This document shows positions 20,431 to 30,658 of a DNA stretch of 57,735 nucleotides, one piece after another (within the stretch, counting starts at the first letter, position 1; each line of letters opens with the position of its first letter). The translations under genes and the position numbers were made by a program. Origin of the DNA: a virus (lineage: Duplodnaviria; Caudoviricetes); IMG/VR virus record IMGVR_UViG_3300017575_000049, positions 1-57,735 of that record. One strand, given 5' to 3'. The notes under the pieces were generated by a model. The model did not search any database and was not told the origin of the DNA. It saw nothing but the letters and a program-made list of their open reading frames with translations.

Positions 20431-21168
20431 ATGACCGAGACAACCTACGACGCAGACGACATCCTGGCAAACGCAATGCCCCGCCACCAGCGGGTGAAGG
20501 AACTGCTCCTTGATGCGGTTCACCTGCTCATCGACGAGCAAGGAACCATGCGAACCCGAGCACAGACTATCTCGTATCTCGCGACATCACTCGATATTGA
20601 CAATGCAATGGCTGCAGACCTTCTTCGCGAACTGGTTGGTGACCTTGTTGACCCCGTGATACAGGTGCCTAACGGAAGCCAGCGGTTTGTCGGGGTTGCA
20701 GAGTATGTAGCGTTCGAGGGTGCCTATGGCTACACTGACTACCATGACCACCGTGGTGAGCAAAAGCGCGTGGTCTGTGCGCACTGTGTCCGTGAACACG
20801 ACAGCGTCACAGATATTGCACACGCAACCGCTGGTGACCCAGCCGGCTCGTTCGGTCGCGACGCCGGGTTTGAGACACTTTACGATGGCATCCGTACGCA
20901 TATTATCGATGCGCACGACGCTGAGCCAGCAGGCATCGCCGTCGGGGCGACACTTGTCTCCGGAACGACCATTGGTGGGAACGAATCATTCCATGCTGGC
21001 AACGACGGCGCCGGCTCGGGGCTTCGAGCTGAGACAGCTATCCAGGCTGACCAGGCAACGCAGGCTGATGCAGCCAACAATGCAGACACCGTTGGAGGGA
21101 GAGAAATCTACGTTCAGTCAACCGAGCCAAGCAATCCGTCCACCGATGACCTGTGGGTGCAAAAATAA
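20431..21168 (+). CDS. Putative tail fibre protein with CxxC
   Basis: HAGNDGAGSGL, ADTVGG and YVQSTEPSNP...DLWV motifs common at fibre ends. Confidence 0.55.
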   Translation: MTETTYDADDILANAMPRHQRVKELLLDAVHLLIDEQGTMRTRAQTISYLATSLDIDNAMAADLLRELVGDLVDPVIQVPNGSQRFVGVAEYVAFEGAYGYTDYHDHRGEQKRVVCAHCVREHDSVTDIAHATAGDPAGSFGRDAGFETLYDGIRTHIIDAHDAEPAGIAVGATLVSGTTIGGNESFHAGNDGAGSGLRAETAIQADQATQADAANNADTVGGREIYVQSTEPSNPSTDDLWVQK

Positions 21169-21169
21169 G

Positions 21170-22306
21170 ATGCCGAACGTGATATACAATGGTCCAGCTA
21201 CTGAAACGTTCACCGTGCCAAGTCGGGTCTTTGAGGTATTCATCAAGGCATCGGGTGCCGGTTCTGGCCAACCTGGTTCGTTTGTACAGGGTGGGCTGAA
21301 TGTCAGTCCAGGACAGACTATTGATGTGACCGTTGGTGGCTCTAACAGTGGACAGTCAGGTGGGTTCCCGAACGGTGGTAACGGGAATAGTAGGAGTATT
21401 GGTGGTAATACTGCGACCTCAGATGGTGGTGCTGGTGGAACCTATGTTCACCGACCTGATGGGTCTACCGCGATTGCGGTTGGTGGGGCCGGTGGGAGGG
21501 GTGCTGCATTTGCAACTGACGACGACTCAAACTCAAGGGATGTTGCGGTAAGTGGTCGTGGCGGTGCAGGAGACGAAGACGCACCAGATACGGACGTAGC
21601 GGACTCCCTATTCGACAGAGTTCTCGATGGTGGCCTCGCTGGTGCGCAGTCAGGTAATGCGGGAGCAAATGGGCCTGCCAGGTCTGACACTGAGGATTTT
21701 GACAACGTCAAAATAGCTGCCGTAGGTGGTGGTGGGGGTGGTGGACACAGAGGGGGCGGAGCCGGCAACGTAGAACTGGGGTCCGACGACGCTACTGCAA
21801 CTGGTGGTGGTGGGGGGACCAGCCTCGTGAATGTCGATACAAACGGCTCATTCAACAGGGCCGGTGGTAACACCGGCGATGGAACGGTTGAGATACAGTT
21901 TCCTCCAGCGGTGCCTGAGGCACCCTCGCTTGTGTCGACGCCACCATCGGTCACAATAAACTGGACCGATGTCAACGCCGATGAGACAGCGTATCGCATC
22001 CGACGAAAGGGCCCATCAGATAGCAGTTTCGCACGGATAGCCACCGTGGGCGGAAACACACTGCAGTTCGAGGATACGGACGTCAGTCCGGCCGAATCAT
22101 ACGAGTATGCCATCAGTGCATTCGACGCTACTGTTTCACTTGGCTCACCACAGAGTACGGCAACTGCTGAGGTGTATACGTCCGGCCCGCGGGTTGCTGA
22201 TAGCGCGGGGTTCGTGGACAACCGGCAGATTTTCTACTACAATGGAACGTCGTGGGTGCCTGCAGAGGTCGGTCGGTTCGATGGCAATGTGTTCGACCTC
22301 TTCTGA
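21170..22306 (+). CDS. Glycine-rich adhesin with fibronectin type III domain
   Basis: Poly-Gly segments; INWTD...YRIRR...YEYAISA Fn3 pattern. ATG 21170 follows the upstream stop. Confidence 0.75.
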   Translation: MPNVIYNGPATETFTVPSRVFEVFIKASGAGSGQPGSFVQGGLNVSPGQTIDVTVGGSNSGQSGGFPNGGNGNSRSIGGNTATSDGGAGGTYVHRPDGSTAIAVGGAGGRGAAFATDDDSNSRDVAVSGRGGAGDEDAPDTDVADSLFDRVLDGGLAGAQSGNAGANGPARSDTEDFDNVKIAAVGGGGGGGHRGGGAGNVELGSDDATATGGGGGTSLVNVDTNGSFNRAGGNTGDGTVEIQFPPAVPEAPSLVSTPPSVTINWTDVNADETAYRIRRKGPSDSSFARIATVGGNTLQFEDTDVSPAESYEYAISAFDATVSLGSPQSTATAEVYTSGPRVADSAGFVDNRQIFYYNGTSWVPAEVGRFDGNVFDLF

Positions 22307-22331
22307 ACAGCATGCTGACCACCCGTAGCTG

Positions 22332-22637
22332 ATGTCGCGTATGAGCAAGAAACAACAGGCTGGCAAGGCTGGTGTGCTCGCACTGGGCACCACACTGGTT
22401 GGCGCCGGCGCTACAGGATTGAGTAATGGAGAATACTATGGCGGACTTGGCCTCGTCCTTGCCGGGATGGGGCTGCTTGGCGGATACGAACTCGTCCAGG
22501 ATAAACAGATTCAGGGCTACGCTGATATGTTCGCAACAACGGTTGAGCCCCAGGAACTCATCGACAGTGTTTCGATGAAATCCACGGAGGCTGGCGAGCG
22601 CATCGAGCGTGAAATTGAGGGGCACTCAGACGACTGA
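22332..22637 (+). CDS. Small membrane protein (2 TM)
   Basis: Two hydrophobic G-rich helices followed by an acidic tail. Confidence 0.6.
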   Translation: MSRMSKKQQAGKAGVLALGTTLVGAGATGLSNGEYYGGLGLVLAGMGLLGGYELVQDKQIQGYADMFATTVEPQELIDSVSMKSTEAGERIEREIEGHSDD

Positions 22638-22662
22638 GCTACTCCCCCTGTTTTGTCGCACC

Positions 22663-23181
22663 ATGTGGCCCCTTCTCCAGTCGTTTCCGTACGACACCGT
22701 TCCAGATGGCAACGTCTTCTATAGTCACCACTTTGTCTACTTCGCAGCGTTTGCGTTGTTTATCGGCATCCTGCTGATCGATGACGAGGATGATCACGAC
22801 CCATGGATGTTACTGGGTGGACTGTGTCTGTCATTTTTTGCCTGGCACTATCTCTGGCCGACCGGCAAGCCCGTGTTTGGCGCACTGCTGACCATACTTG
22901 GACTGGCTATCGCAATCGGTGGCGTGCTATGCCGACCGGCGTGGTCACCGTTCATGGCGAAACATGCATACCGACTGACTCGTGGCGATAGAATCCCTGA
23001 CTATGATTACCGAGATACCGTCTACGGGCAGTGGACCCGAGCGTTGTTGTTGGTCACACTGGTGGGGGCTGCCGATGATGTCCTCGAACACGCGTTCGGT
23101 ATCTGGACCCCCCTTGACTTCGTGTGGAACGCCGTTGTAGCTGACTGGTTTCCACTTGACCCCACACTGCTGCCGTTCTGA
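22663..23181 (+). CDS. Integral membrane protein
   Basis: About 4 TM segments, with SHH and DDVLEH motifs. Confidence 0.65.
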   Translation: MWPLLQSFPYDTVPDGNVFYSHHFVYFAAFALFIGILLIDDEDDHDPWMLLGGLCLSFFAWHYLWPTGKPVFGALLTILGLAIAIGGVLCRPAWSPFMAKHAYRLTRGDRIPDYDYRDTVYGQWTRALLLVTLVGAADDVLEHAFGIWTPLDFVWNAVVADWFPLDPTLLPF

Positions 23182-23405
23182 TGGGGATGGACCCGCTCGA
23201 TAGATTTGTCTCCCGAGACGTACTCGTCAGTATCCTGCTGGCTGTCTCACTCGGTAAGGTACTTGAATACAGTAATCTACAGCTCACGACCGACCAGACC
23301 GAGTTGCTGGTACTCTGGATATTTGAGACCCTGGCACTGCTGCTGGTCTACCTGCTGTGGGGGTACATAGACGCGTTGGCTGACACCATCTTCGACCCAG
23401 ACTAA
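23181..23405 (+). CDS. Small membrane protein (2 TM)
   Basis: Two hydrophobic helices; coupled to the upstream stop. Confidence 0.6.
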   Translation: MGMDPLDRFVSRDVLVSILLAVSLGKVLEYSNLQLTTDQTELLVLWIFETLALLLVYLLWGYIDALADTIFDPD

Positions 23406-23441
23406 CCAGTGACTACTATCAACTGGATGTTCTGTGTCCGG

Positions 23442-24032
23442 TCACTCGGCCGGGCCATTCCAGTTCTCACGTCGAAGGTCATTGACATCGGAAATGAGGT
23501 CGCCCAGCTCGCCCCAGCCAGCGATGGTGCCCGAGCGAGCACGTAGGTCACCCAGCATTGCCGATGCAGCCCGGTCAAGGATATTCAGTCCTGCCATATC
23601 GGCTGTGAACGAGATATCCGTGGCTGCATCCACCGGGCCGGCCTCGATGAACTGCTCGATAAGTGCGTCCGCACGCTGTTTGTCATCTATCTCTGTGCGC
23701 TGTTCGGCCTGCACACGGAACTCAAGCAATCCATGCAGGAAGTGTCGATAGGTCTGTGCATCGACCGTGAGCGTGCTGGTCGGTGCATCGGGCACTGTGG
23801 TCTCCGTTGACTCGGTCTCTGGCGTTGCTGCATGCGCATCGAGTAATTCCTGGGCGGGCGCTGCAAGCGATATCAGGTCAGCAGTCGGTGTCCCGACATA
23901 CTCACCCACTGCCTCTAACTCTGCCTCGGTCGCCTGTGCGACATCTTCGACGGTCAGTAATCCTGCCGTCTCAAGTGCCTCAGCAACTGCTGGACCGACG
24001 CCGGTGATGTCCTCAAGTTCAGTCTCCGTCAT
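23442..24032 (-). CDS. Helix-hairpin-helix DNA-binding domain protein
   Basis: LEDITGVGPAVAEALETAGL HhH motif at N-terminus. Confidence 0.75.
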   Translation of the reverse strand: MTETELEDITGVGPAVAEALETAGLLTVEDVAQATEAELEAVGEYVGTPTADLISLAAPAQELLDAHAATPETESTETTVPDAPTSTLTVDAQTYRHFLHGLLEFRVQAEQRTEIDDKQRADALIEQFIEAGPVDAATDISFTADMAGLNILDRAASAMLGDLRARSGTIAGWGELGDLISDVNDLRRENWNGPAE

Positions 24033-24112
24033 ACGACTTGATGTATGTGACCAACAAACTTAATTAACGCGGAAAACCTATACATGCCAAGCAGACGGGA
24101 ACGTCGCACCAT

Positions 24113-24916
24113 ATGTCAGCCACAGATATCCGACGGTACACGGTCGAAGATATCGGTCGTGTGTACGAACATCCGCAGCGCGACCTGTGGCTTCCCTCCG
24201 TATCAACGGTACTCAACGTTCGGCCCAAGCCGGAGGCGCTCAAGAACTGGCTTAGCCGGACCGACAACGCCGATGAAATCAACCGCTACAAGCGCAATCG
24301 GGGGACACTGGTCCACTACGATATCCTGAACGAGTTGCAGCGTCAGTCGGTCCCGGACAGCGTTCCGGATCACGAGGCCGACCTCTGGAGCGAGGATGAG
24401 CAAGGGTCGGTCGCTGAGCTCAAGTCAGAAGGCAAGTGGGAGCGATGTCAGCGCGACCGGGAATGGGTCAGTGAGACGGCCTGGCCGATGATGCAAACGG
24501 TCGCAAACATCGATTACGTCATTGATGTCGAGACGTTCGTTATCGAGACCAGTCTTGGCTATGCTGGGCAGTTTGACCTCCTGTACTACGATGCTGAGAA
24601 CGACGATGTAGTGCTCTCTGATATCAAGACCGGCAAGCACGTCTATGAGAAGAATATGCTGCAGGGTGAGGCTTACCGACACGCGGTGCCCATCAAGGTC
24701 GACCGACTCGAGGTGCTACGCGTCAACCCGGATTTCCGTGATTGGGAGCTCTCAAGCAGTGAAGACTGGGAGACGACAAGCGATGAGCGGTGGACCGAGT
24801 TCTGTGACCTGCACTCACAGCTGGCTGTCGAGGAGATGGTCGAGAGTATCCAGGACCGACATGCCAGTGGAGAGGCATTCGTCGAAGGCGAGAATGAGTC
24901 GGCAGATGCTGACTGA
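24113..24916 (+). CDS. PD-(D/E)XK exonuclease (phage exonuclease/Cas4-like fold)
   Basis: LPSVSTVL, RGTLVH, YAGQFD, DIKTG and QGEAY motifs. Confidence 0.85.
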   Translation: MSATDIRRYTVEDIGRVYEHPQRDLWLPSVSTVLNVRPKPEALKNWLSRTDNADEINRYKRNRGTLVHYDILNELQRQSVPDSVPDHEADLWSEDEQGSVAELKSEGKWERCQRDREWVSETAWPMMQTVANIDYVIDVETFVIETSLGYAGQFDLLYYDAENDDVVLSDIKTGKHVYEKNMLQGEAYRHAVPIKVDRLEVLRVNPDFRDWELSSSEDWETTSDERWTEFCDLHSQLAVEEMVESIQDRHASGEAFVEGENESADAD

Positions 24917-24939
24917 GTGGGGCCGGTCGGTGCAGTCGC

Positions 24940-25362
24940 ATGAGCGAACCACACGATACCGGTTCAGGTGACTCAGTAGAGTCAGCGTTCGGGGTGCACA
25001 GACATACAGAGCCAGCCCTGAAGCTTGTTCTCGGAACACCCATCGGTGCCAACGCAACTGAGCTTCGTAACCATGGCTATGGCCGGACCGAGCGCGCCTG
25101 CCCACTGACGGGGTGTCCTGGTTTCTGTTATCAAAGTCGGACTGAGACCGTCTGCGGGACCTGTGCACTGGTTGTCGATGACCCTGGTCGATTCAACCCA
25201 GTCCGTATTAACTCGGGCCCACCCCCACAGTGGCGATACTTCTTTGAGAACCGAGAGTACTACCGCAATGGCACCACACGCGCGGTCGGTGGCTATCCAC
25301 ACGTCCACGAGTGGGGCGATGCGACCGATGACCCAATGACCTTTTACGAGCCGACGCGCTGA
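24940..25362 (+). CDS. Cys-rich putative zinc-finger protein
   Basis: CPLTGC...C...CGTC. Confidence 0.5.
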   Translation: MSEPHDTGSGDSVESAFGVHRHTEPALKLVLGTPIGANATELRNHGYGRTERACPLTGCPGFCYQSRTETVCGTCALVVDDPGRFNPVRINSGPPPQWRYFFENREYYRNGTTRAVGGYPHVHEWGDATDDPMTFYEPTR

Positions 25363-25363
25363 G

Positions 25364-25903
25364 CTACCAGTTAATATAGTCCAGCAGATACTCGAAGTCA
25401 TCGCCGACCTGACTCGATGGCCACCCCTGCTCATCTGTTGTTGCCTGTGTATCCGTTGGTGGTTTTGGCACCGAGATATTGCCAGCCCGCGTGACCTTTG
25501 CCTCTACCGGAGCGGTCTCAACCATCGATTCGCGAAGCTTTTCATCATTATCAGCCGGCCAGATACGAAGCAACAACAGCTGGCGATTCGTGAATCGGAT
25601 ACCCACCACGGGTGCGACCTTTCGAGGATAGTCATTAGCAAAGCGTAGCAGGTCAGATAGGTCATCATCGCGGTCTTCCTCTGGCGTCTCTGGGCTAAAC
25701 GTGATAGAGATTCGGTCCTGTGTTGTCCGCTTGAACTCAAACGCGTGCACAAGGTCTCCATCATCGAGCACAACATCCGGAGAGGGAACCTTCTGATTGC
25801 CTGACCACCCGACCCTGAGTGGAAGCAATCGACCACCGGTTCTGTCGAACACGCCGTTCGCTATCTCGTGCTCAAAGTTGAGCCCCGCTTTCTGACTACT
25901 CAT
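25364..25903 (-). CDS. hjc: Archaeal-type Holliday junction resolvase
   Basis: KAGLNFEHE, SG...PD and FEFK motifs. Confidence 0.75.
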   Translation of the reverse strand: MSSQKAGLNFEHEIANGVFDRTGGRLLPLRVGWSGNQKVPSPDVVLDDGDLVHAFEFKRTTQDRISITFSPETPEEDRDDDLSDLLRFANDYPRKVAPVVGIRFTNRQLLLLRIWPADNDEKLRESMVETAPVEAKVTRAGNISVPKPPTDTQATTDEQGWPSSQVGDDFEYLLDYINW

Positions 25904-25957
25904 GCGACATCGGACGCCCATCGCAAAGCGCCCGGCAACCTGGCGTTCCTGCGGGGG

Positions 25958-26266
25958 TTAGATTTCCTCGTGGCGCTCGATGAACAGCACGTGCTCAGGG
26001 AAGAGCCAGCGCTCGACGCCACCATCCTTTACGTAGATGAGTCCCGCCCCGTCGCGAGCTGATGGCCAGACGTATGCCATGTCCTTCCGGAGATGGATAT
26101 CCTCGTCAACCGGCGTGTTGGGGTAGTACAGGTGTATCTCGCCAGCATCTTCAAGTGCTTCGCTGATGATATCAACGGTCCGGACTTCGTGTGTTGAATC
26201 CGCGTCACCGATGCTATGTGGCCGTACCTCGTCCTTATCAGGGATGTCTCCGTGCTCGAAGGGCAT
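25958..26266 (-). CDS. Hypothetical protein
   Basis: Acidic 102-aa ORF with TTAACTA box upstream. Confidence 0.6.
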   Translation of the reverse strand: MPFEHGDIPDKDEVRPHSIGDADSTHEVRTVDIISEALEDAGEIHLYYPNTPVDEDIHLRKDMAYVWPSARDGAGLIYVKDGGVERWLFPEHVLFIERHEEI

Positions 26267-26340
26267 CTACCAGTATATAGTCATTCGACGTAGTTAACTC
26301 TGGCGAGGATGGACTCATATCCGACCGCAGTCACACCGAC

Positions 26341-26646
26341 TCAGTGTGCCGTACTGGCAGACTCACGCAGTACTGGGTCATCGTTGCTGTTCCACTTGAT
26401 GGTATAGACCGTCAACGTCTCGATGTCGACGAACATTCCCATCGGTACGTCTGACCCACCCATTGTCTCACTCTTCTCGATGCGGAATCCCATATCAAGT
26501 GACTCAGCAAGACTCTCGTTGTCAAATCTGAACGCTGCAAGGCGTTTGAGCTCATCGAACACTGCCGGTCGTACATACAGCACGTCGGGTGTACTGCCCT
26601 GCATCCGCATTGTGGCATACCCATCCAGAAGCGGTTGAATGTTCAT
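26341..26646 (-). CDS. Hypothetical protein
   Basis: 101-aa ORF with TTAGGTA/GCATAT promoter upstream. Confidence 0.6.
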   Translation of the reverse strand: MNIQPLLDGYATMRMQGSTPDVLYVRPAVFDELKRLAAFRFDNESLAESLDMGFRIEKSETMGGSDVPMGMFVDIETLTVYTIKWNSNDDPVLRESASTAH

Positions 26647-26691
26647 ACCGATACATATGCATACAACGTACCTAAGTCTGTTGGCAGGTAA

Positions 26692-27027
26692 CTATTTATT
26701 CAGTGGTTCCCAGGCATGTACATCGTCGGCATCATCATCGAGTAGTCGTGCCCAGTTTTCTGCGTAGCCGGCCACATCGACCGGGTTGTCTGCATCATAG
26801 ATGCCCGCTGCTGACCGGGCAAGCTTCATCAGAATGAACAGCTTGCAGACCTCAGCTGCATCAAGCTCAACAGCATAGCCTGCGGACTGCAAATAGCTAT
26901 TCCAGAGCTGTGCAATAGCATCGAATGAGTCCTCGGGGGCACCGTGTGTGTCTGCTCGCTCGTAGACAGCGTGGTATGCGTCCTCGAACACGTGTGAGTC
27001 CGTCAGGCCGGACGGTTGTCTGTGCAT
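26692..27027 (-). CDS. DUF6378-like protein
   Basis: R...HGAPEDSFDAIAQLW...MKLAR...DNPVDVAGYA. Confidence 0.7.
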   Translation of the reverse strand: MHRQPSGLTDSHVFEDAYHAVYERADTHGAPEDSFDAIAQLWNSYLQSAGYAVELDAAEVCKLFILMKLARSAAGIYDADNPVDVAGYAENWARLLDDDADDVHAWEPLNK

Positions 27028-27072
27028 GCTATCTTGTATGCATTCAAGTGACAAAACTCTGGCGCGAGCGGG

Positions 27073-30000
27073 CTACTGGAATGCGCCGAACGTCATCTGT
27101 TGTCCGTCGGTGACAAGGTCATCCCAGTCGAATCCCATGGTGTTGACAATCGGCTCGACCTTTCCGCGGAGCTCCTTTTCGGCCATCTTCTCCGTGTCAG
27201 GCACGAACGATGCCGGGATGCGCTCGGGGTATGCAACCGAGATAGCATCGACAACCCGGCCACACTCTGGTGGGTCAGGTCGCTCATCTGTCGGGAACTG
27301 GCCTCCATAGTCGTATGCTGCAGGATACCGGTCACCTCTGACCTTCTCGATGTAGACCCGCATCGGCTTGGAGCCTTCACCCAGTTCCTCGTGTGGGATA
27401 TTCGCGGTGGCGTACTTTGCTCCACGATAGGTTGGACTGGGTGTCGAGATGTACCGACCGCCATAGTCGCGGTCAGTGTCCGTCACATCATAGTTCTCAT
27501 CGTCTGTGAGCTCCGCCACTGTCTTGTAGCCGTACTCATCGAGTGGCTTGGAGATGCCCTTTGGCCGAGCGAGCTCCTCGACGGGCACCACACCGGCAAT
27601 AGCATCGTCCCAGAGCTGGCGCAGATATGGTTCGATGCGGTCGCGTGGGTCAGGTGCGAGCAACAGGTCTGTCAGTACGCGCTTCTGGGCCCGTCTGGTG
27701 ATAGTCGCAGAGTCAGAGCGGACGTACTCGAATCCCGTGATGTCGATATTATCTGCAGGGTCATACTCGGCTAACACGGTCTCGTAGGTTGCATAGGTGA
27801 CCGATGACTCATACTTCAACTGGCTCAGGTCGGCTTCGTCGGCCAGACAGGCATCGCTTCCCCCAGGGTAGGCGTCTGCAGTAGGGGTGTCCAGCCAGCC
27901 AGCATCATCGTCCCAGACAAGGTGCTCGCTGTACCGCTTTTTGACCGCACCAGCGTCTGCTGCGGGCGTAAAGTGGTGGGCGCCGGTTCCCGAATCTGAG
28001 TCGGCCATGTAGAACAGGGTCGACGAGACGTTCTCCAGCTCGACTGCCAGCTGGTGTGCATCGTCGGGTGCAAAGCGGTACATCTCCTGGACGAATGTGT
28101 CATACTCCTGCTCGACGATGTCGATACCCTCATCCGACCACTGCTTGGTTGCATCGAGCGTGGGCGCGTTTGGAATGGATGTAACCGCTGAATCTGTATC
28201 GCCACCGACGATATATGCCTCAGAATCGTATGTTGTCTGCAGATACGATGTCAGGGTCTCGGCCGTCATAGTGATGACCTGTCGACCGGCAATGGTGATG
28301 CCCTCAGCCACCTTTCTGTCGTACAGTCGGAATCCCTTTCCACCAGCTGAATCGGAGTCACCCATCACCCCATAGACCGAGTTGGTGACACGTTTGACGG
28401 CACTGTAGAGCTCGCCGGTGTACTGATACTTGAGTTCGATGAGCTCATCAATGGTCTCGCGGATGAACGATTCCTTGACCGTTGGCTTGAGCACCCACTC
28501 CCACTCGACCTGCATATCGAACATCTCTCGAAGCGAGCCATCAGGCGTCTTCACTCCCTTGTACTCGATGCGGTCGACAGTCGCGTATGACTCTCCCTTC
28601 GGGACGACCGCAAACGGTCGGTTGTCGACCGGAAACCGGTAGCAGTCGGCCTCGGTGTACGATGACTCGGCCAGTGCATCATCGCCACCGACGATGGTGT
28701 CGGTCCCGAGGTTCATCATCGAAAACAGGCTTGGGTACATCGACGACAGGTCAGGGTAGACACAGTTGCGGTGGACACCAGGCTTCGGGTCGAACACGCG
28801 GGCGCCGTGATAGACTCCCTCGTCCGGCTCGACATTTGTCGGCAGGACGTATCCGGACTCGTAAGCCCGTCGGCAAAACAGGGTATCAAGCATTGGGCCA
28901 TTGTTGTTACAGGTCGACCAGAGTCCACCAGTCAGCTCACGCAGGTTGGCGTACAGGTCAAGTAAGCCAGCCTCTCGCTCGATGCCCACAACGGCCTGTA
29001 CGTCGCGAGCATTGTATGCCAGAAACTCGACCGGCTCGTCGCGCCAGGCTGCATCAAGTTCATCACCAGCAAACTCGACCTTTCCAAAGCCAAGCTCAGC
29101 CTCGGCAACTGAATCCAGGGTGTACGAGTCAAGCTCGCGATACTGGGTCTTTCGGTACGCAGAAAGCATATCCAGCGTCGAGATATCCTGCAGTGAGTAG
29201 CTGATTACCTCATCACCGGTACGGTGTTCGACCCAGACACCAGGGTTCCCGGTCCGGACCCAGTCTTTGATAGCGAATGACTGGACGTTGTATGACCGCT
29301 GGATGATGTACGGAATATCGAATCCGTCGGTGTTCCAGCCGGTCACCATATCGAACTCGCGAGCAAGCATCCACTCGTGAAACGAATCAAGCATCTGTGT
29401 CTCACCGTCATAGATAGTGATGTCGTCCGCATCGAGCGACAGGCCGAATGACTCAGTCCGCTCTGCAACCGCCTGCTCGATGGCCGTTGCATCATCGGGC
29501 CAGTCAGGCCCACGGAGTCCCCACACCCGGTAGGTATCCTCGTAGTTATCGTGAGCTGTAATGGCGCTTATCTCGTTTTTGGCTCGGCTTGCATCGGGGA
29601 ACCCGCCACCGTAGGTCAACACCTCGATATCGAAGGTACACACGCGTGGTGGAACATCTGGTGCCTCATCCGGAACCAGGTCCTGCGTCAGCGAGTTGCC
29701 TGGCGACCAGTTCTCCATACGTACGGTCATCGTCTCGCCCGGTGCTGGTGTTGGACCACGGAACCCCTGATAGATACCAGTCGAGATGAGAAACCGACGG
29801 ACAAACGGGATATCTGCCTCGAATGTGCGGTCATAGACATCACGGAGGGCGCTCCCACCTGCCCCCTTGGAGACAACATCGTTTGGCTCTCTGACAATCA
29901 CCCGAGCGGTTGGCTCATCAGTGATGCTACAGGCCGTTGCTGGGTCATGACTGACCACCGCATCGGTCGACTCAGTCAGGACGGTCGCCAGCAGCGCTGG

Positions 30001-30306
30001 GTCATCAGGTAGGTCATGTTCAGTTTGCAGCCAGTCAAGGTCAGCTGCACGAAGGTCGGCCTCAACCCCGACAACACGCCGGTCGTTCAGGGTCCCCGAC
30101 GGGTCGGTCGCGAACGCTGACAATGGAATGTGGAAATACGGCCAGAATCCTTCAACGCGATACCGTCTGGACGTTCCATCAGCCGTGCGAGAGCGTACGT
30201 AGATAATGGGTGTCGGGTGCCGATAGCCCGTTTCGACCACCTCGTATGAGACGTCAGTGAGCAACTGCTGCGCACGTGCATCTGCAAGTGTACTCGATAG
30301 GTCCAT
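27073..30306 (-). CDS. polB: Family B DNA polymerase
   Basis: Exonuclease motifs FDIE, GWNTDGFD, YNARD; polymerase motifs DLSSMYPS, KRVTNSVYG, GDTDS. Confidence 0.97.
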   Translation of the reverse strand: MDLSSTLADARAQQLLTDVSYEVVETGYRHPTPIIYVRSRTADGTSRRYRVEGFWPYFHIPLSAFATDPSGTLNDRRVVGVEADLRAADLDWLQTEHDLPDDPALLATVLTESTDAVVSHDPATACSITDEPTARVIVREPNDVVSKGAGGSALRDVYDRTFEADIPFVRRFLISTGIYQGFRGPTPAPGETMTVRMENWSPGNSLTQDLVPDEAPDVPPRVCTFDIEVLTYGGGFPDASRAKNEISAITAHDNYEDTYRVWGLRGPDWPDDATAIEQAVAERTESFGLSLDADDITIYDGETQMLDSFHEWMLAREFDMVTGWNTDGFDIPYIIQRSYNVQSFAIKDWVRTGNPGVWVEHRTGDEVISYSLQDISTLDMLSAYRKTQYRELDSYTLDSVAEAELGFGKVEFAGDELDAAWRDEPVEFLAYNARDVQAVVGIEREAGLLDLYANLRELTGGLWSTCNNNGPMLDTLFCRRAYESGYVLPTNVEPDEGVYHGARVFDPKPGVHRNCVYPDLSSMYPSLFSMMNLGTDTIVGGDDALAESSYTEADCYRFPVDNRPFAVVPKGESYATVDRIEYKGVKTPDGSLREMFDMQVEWEWVLKPTVKESFIRETIDELIELKYQYTGELYSAVKRVTNSVYGVMGDSDSAGGKGFRLYDRKVAEGITIAGRQVITMTAETLTSYLQTTYDSEAYIVGGDTDSAVTSIPNAPTLDATKQWSDEGIDIVEQEYDTFVQEMYRFAPDDAHQLAVELENVSSTLFYMADSDSGTGAHHFTPAADAGAVKKRYSEHLVWDDDAGWLDTPTADAYPGGSDACLADEADLSQLKYESSVTYATYETVLAEYDPADNIDITGFEYVRSDSATITRRAQKRVLTDLLLAPDPRDRIEPYLRQLWDDAIAGVVPVEELARPKGISKPLDEYGYKTVAELTDDENYDVTDTDRDYGGRYISTPSPTYRGAKYATANIPHEELGEGSKPMRVYIEKVRGDRYPAAYDYGGQFPTDERPDPPECGRVVDAISVAYPERIPASFVPDTEKMAEKELRGKVEPIVNTMGFDWDDLVTDGQQMTFGAFQ

Positions 30307-30615
30307 ACACCGATGTATGAGTCTGGAATACTTTACTCTTGTTCAAACTACCACTGTGGTTGTGTGCCCTGTCACCTCCCGGCCAGGCATCGGGGGGCGA
30401 CTATGCACGCGCGTCGGGACACCGAGGGGGCACGATGGCCCACGATTATCCCATCAGAAGTCATCGAAGATGGCTCCTGGCTCAGTGCGGTCAATGGACA
30501 ACACTCAGCTGCGGGCTCGACACCGACGCAGGCCCAACCGACCGATGAGAAAAGCACCAGTCTGTCGGGCATCCCGGCCTGACCCTGTCGGCAAACGTGC
30601 CGACGGCCGGGAACG

Positions 30616-30658
30616 TGGAGATGCGGACTCGAACCGCAACATAGCCACCGTGGCTCCA
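30616..30658 (-). ncRNA. Minimal tRNA-like element (acceptor-like stem plus T-arm)
   Basis: TGGAG/CTCCA stem, AGCCA-CGG-TGGCT hairpin and TGCGG-TTCGAGT-CCGCA T-arm. Confidence 0.45.

Noticed and set aside
20720-21169. N-terminal extension of the adhesin ORF
   Set aside because: Overlaps the better-supported 20431-21168 gene; ATG at 21170 fits the operon.
24113-24916. CRISPR-associated Cas4
   Set aside because: Lacks the Fe-S cysteine pattern and has no cas neighbours; ordinary viral exonuclease.
30313-30582. 89-aa plus-strand ORF
   Set aside because: Start overlaps the polB promoter, composition is atypical and no motif was found; left uncalled.
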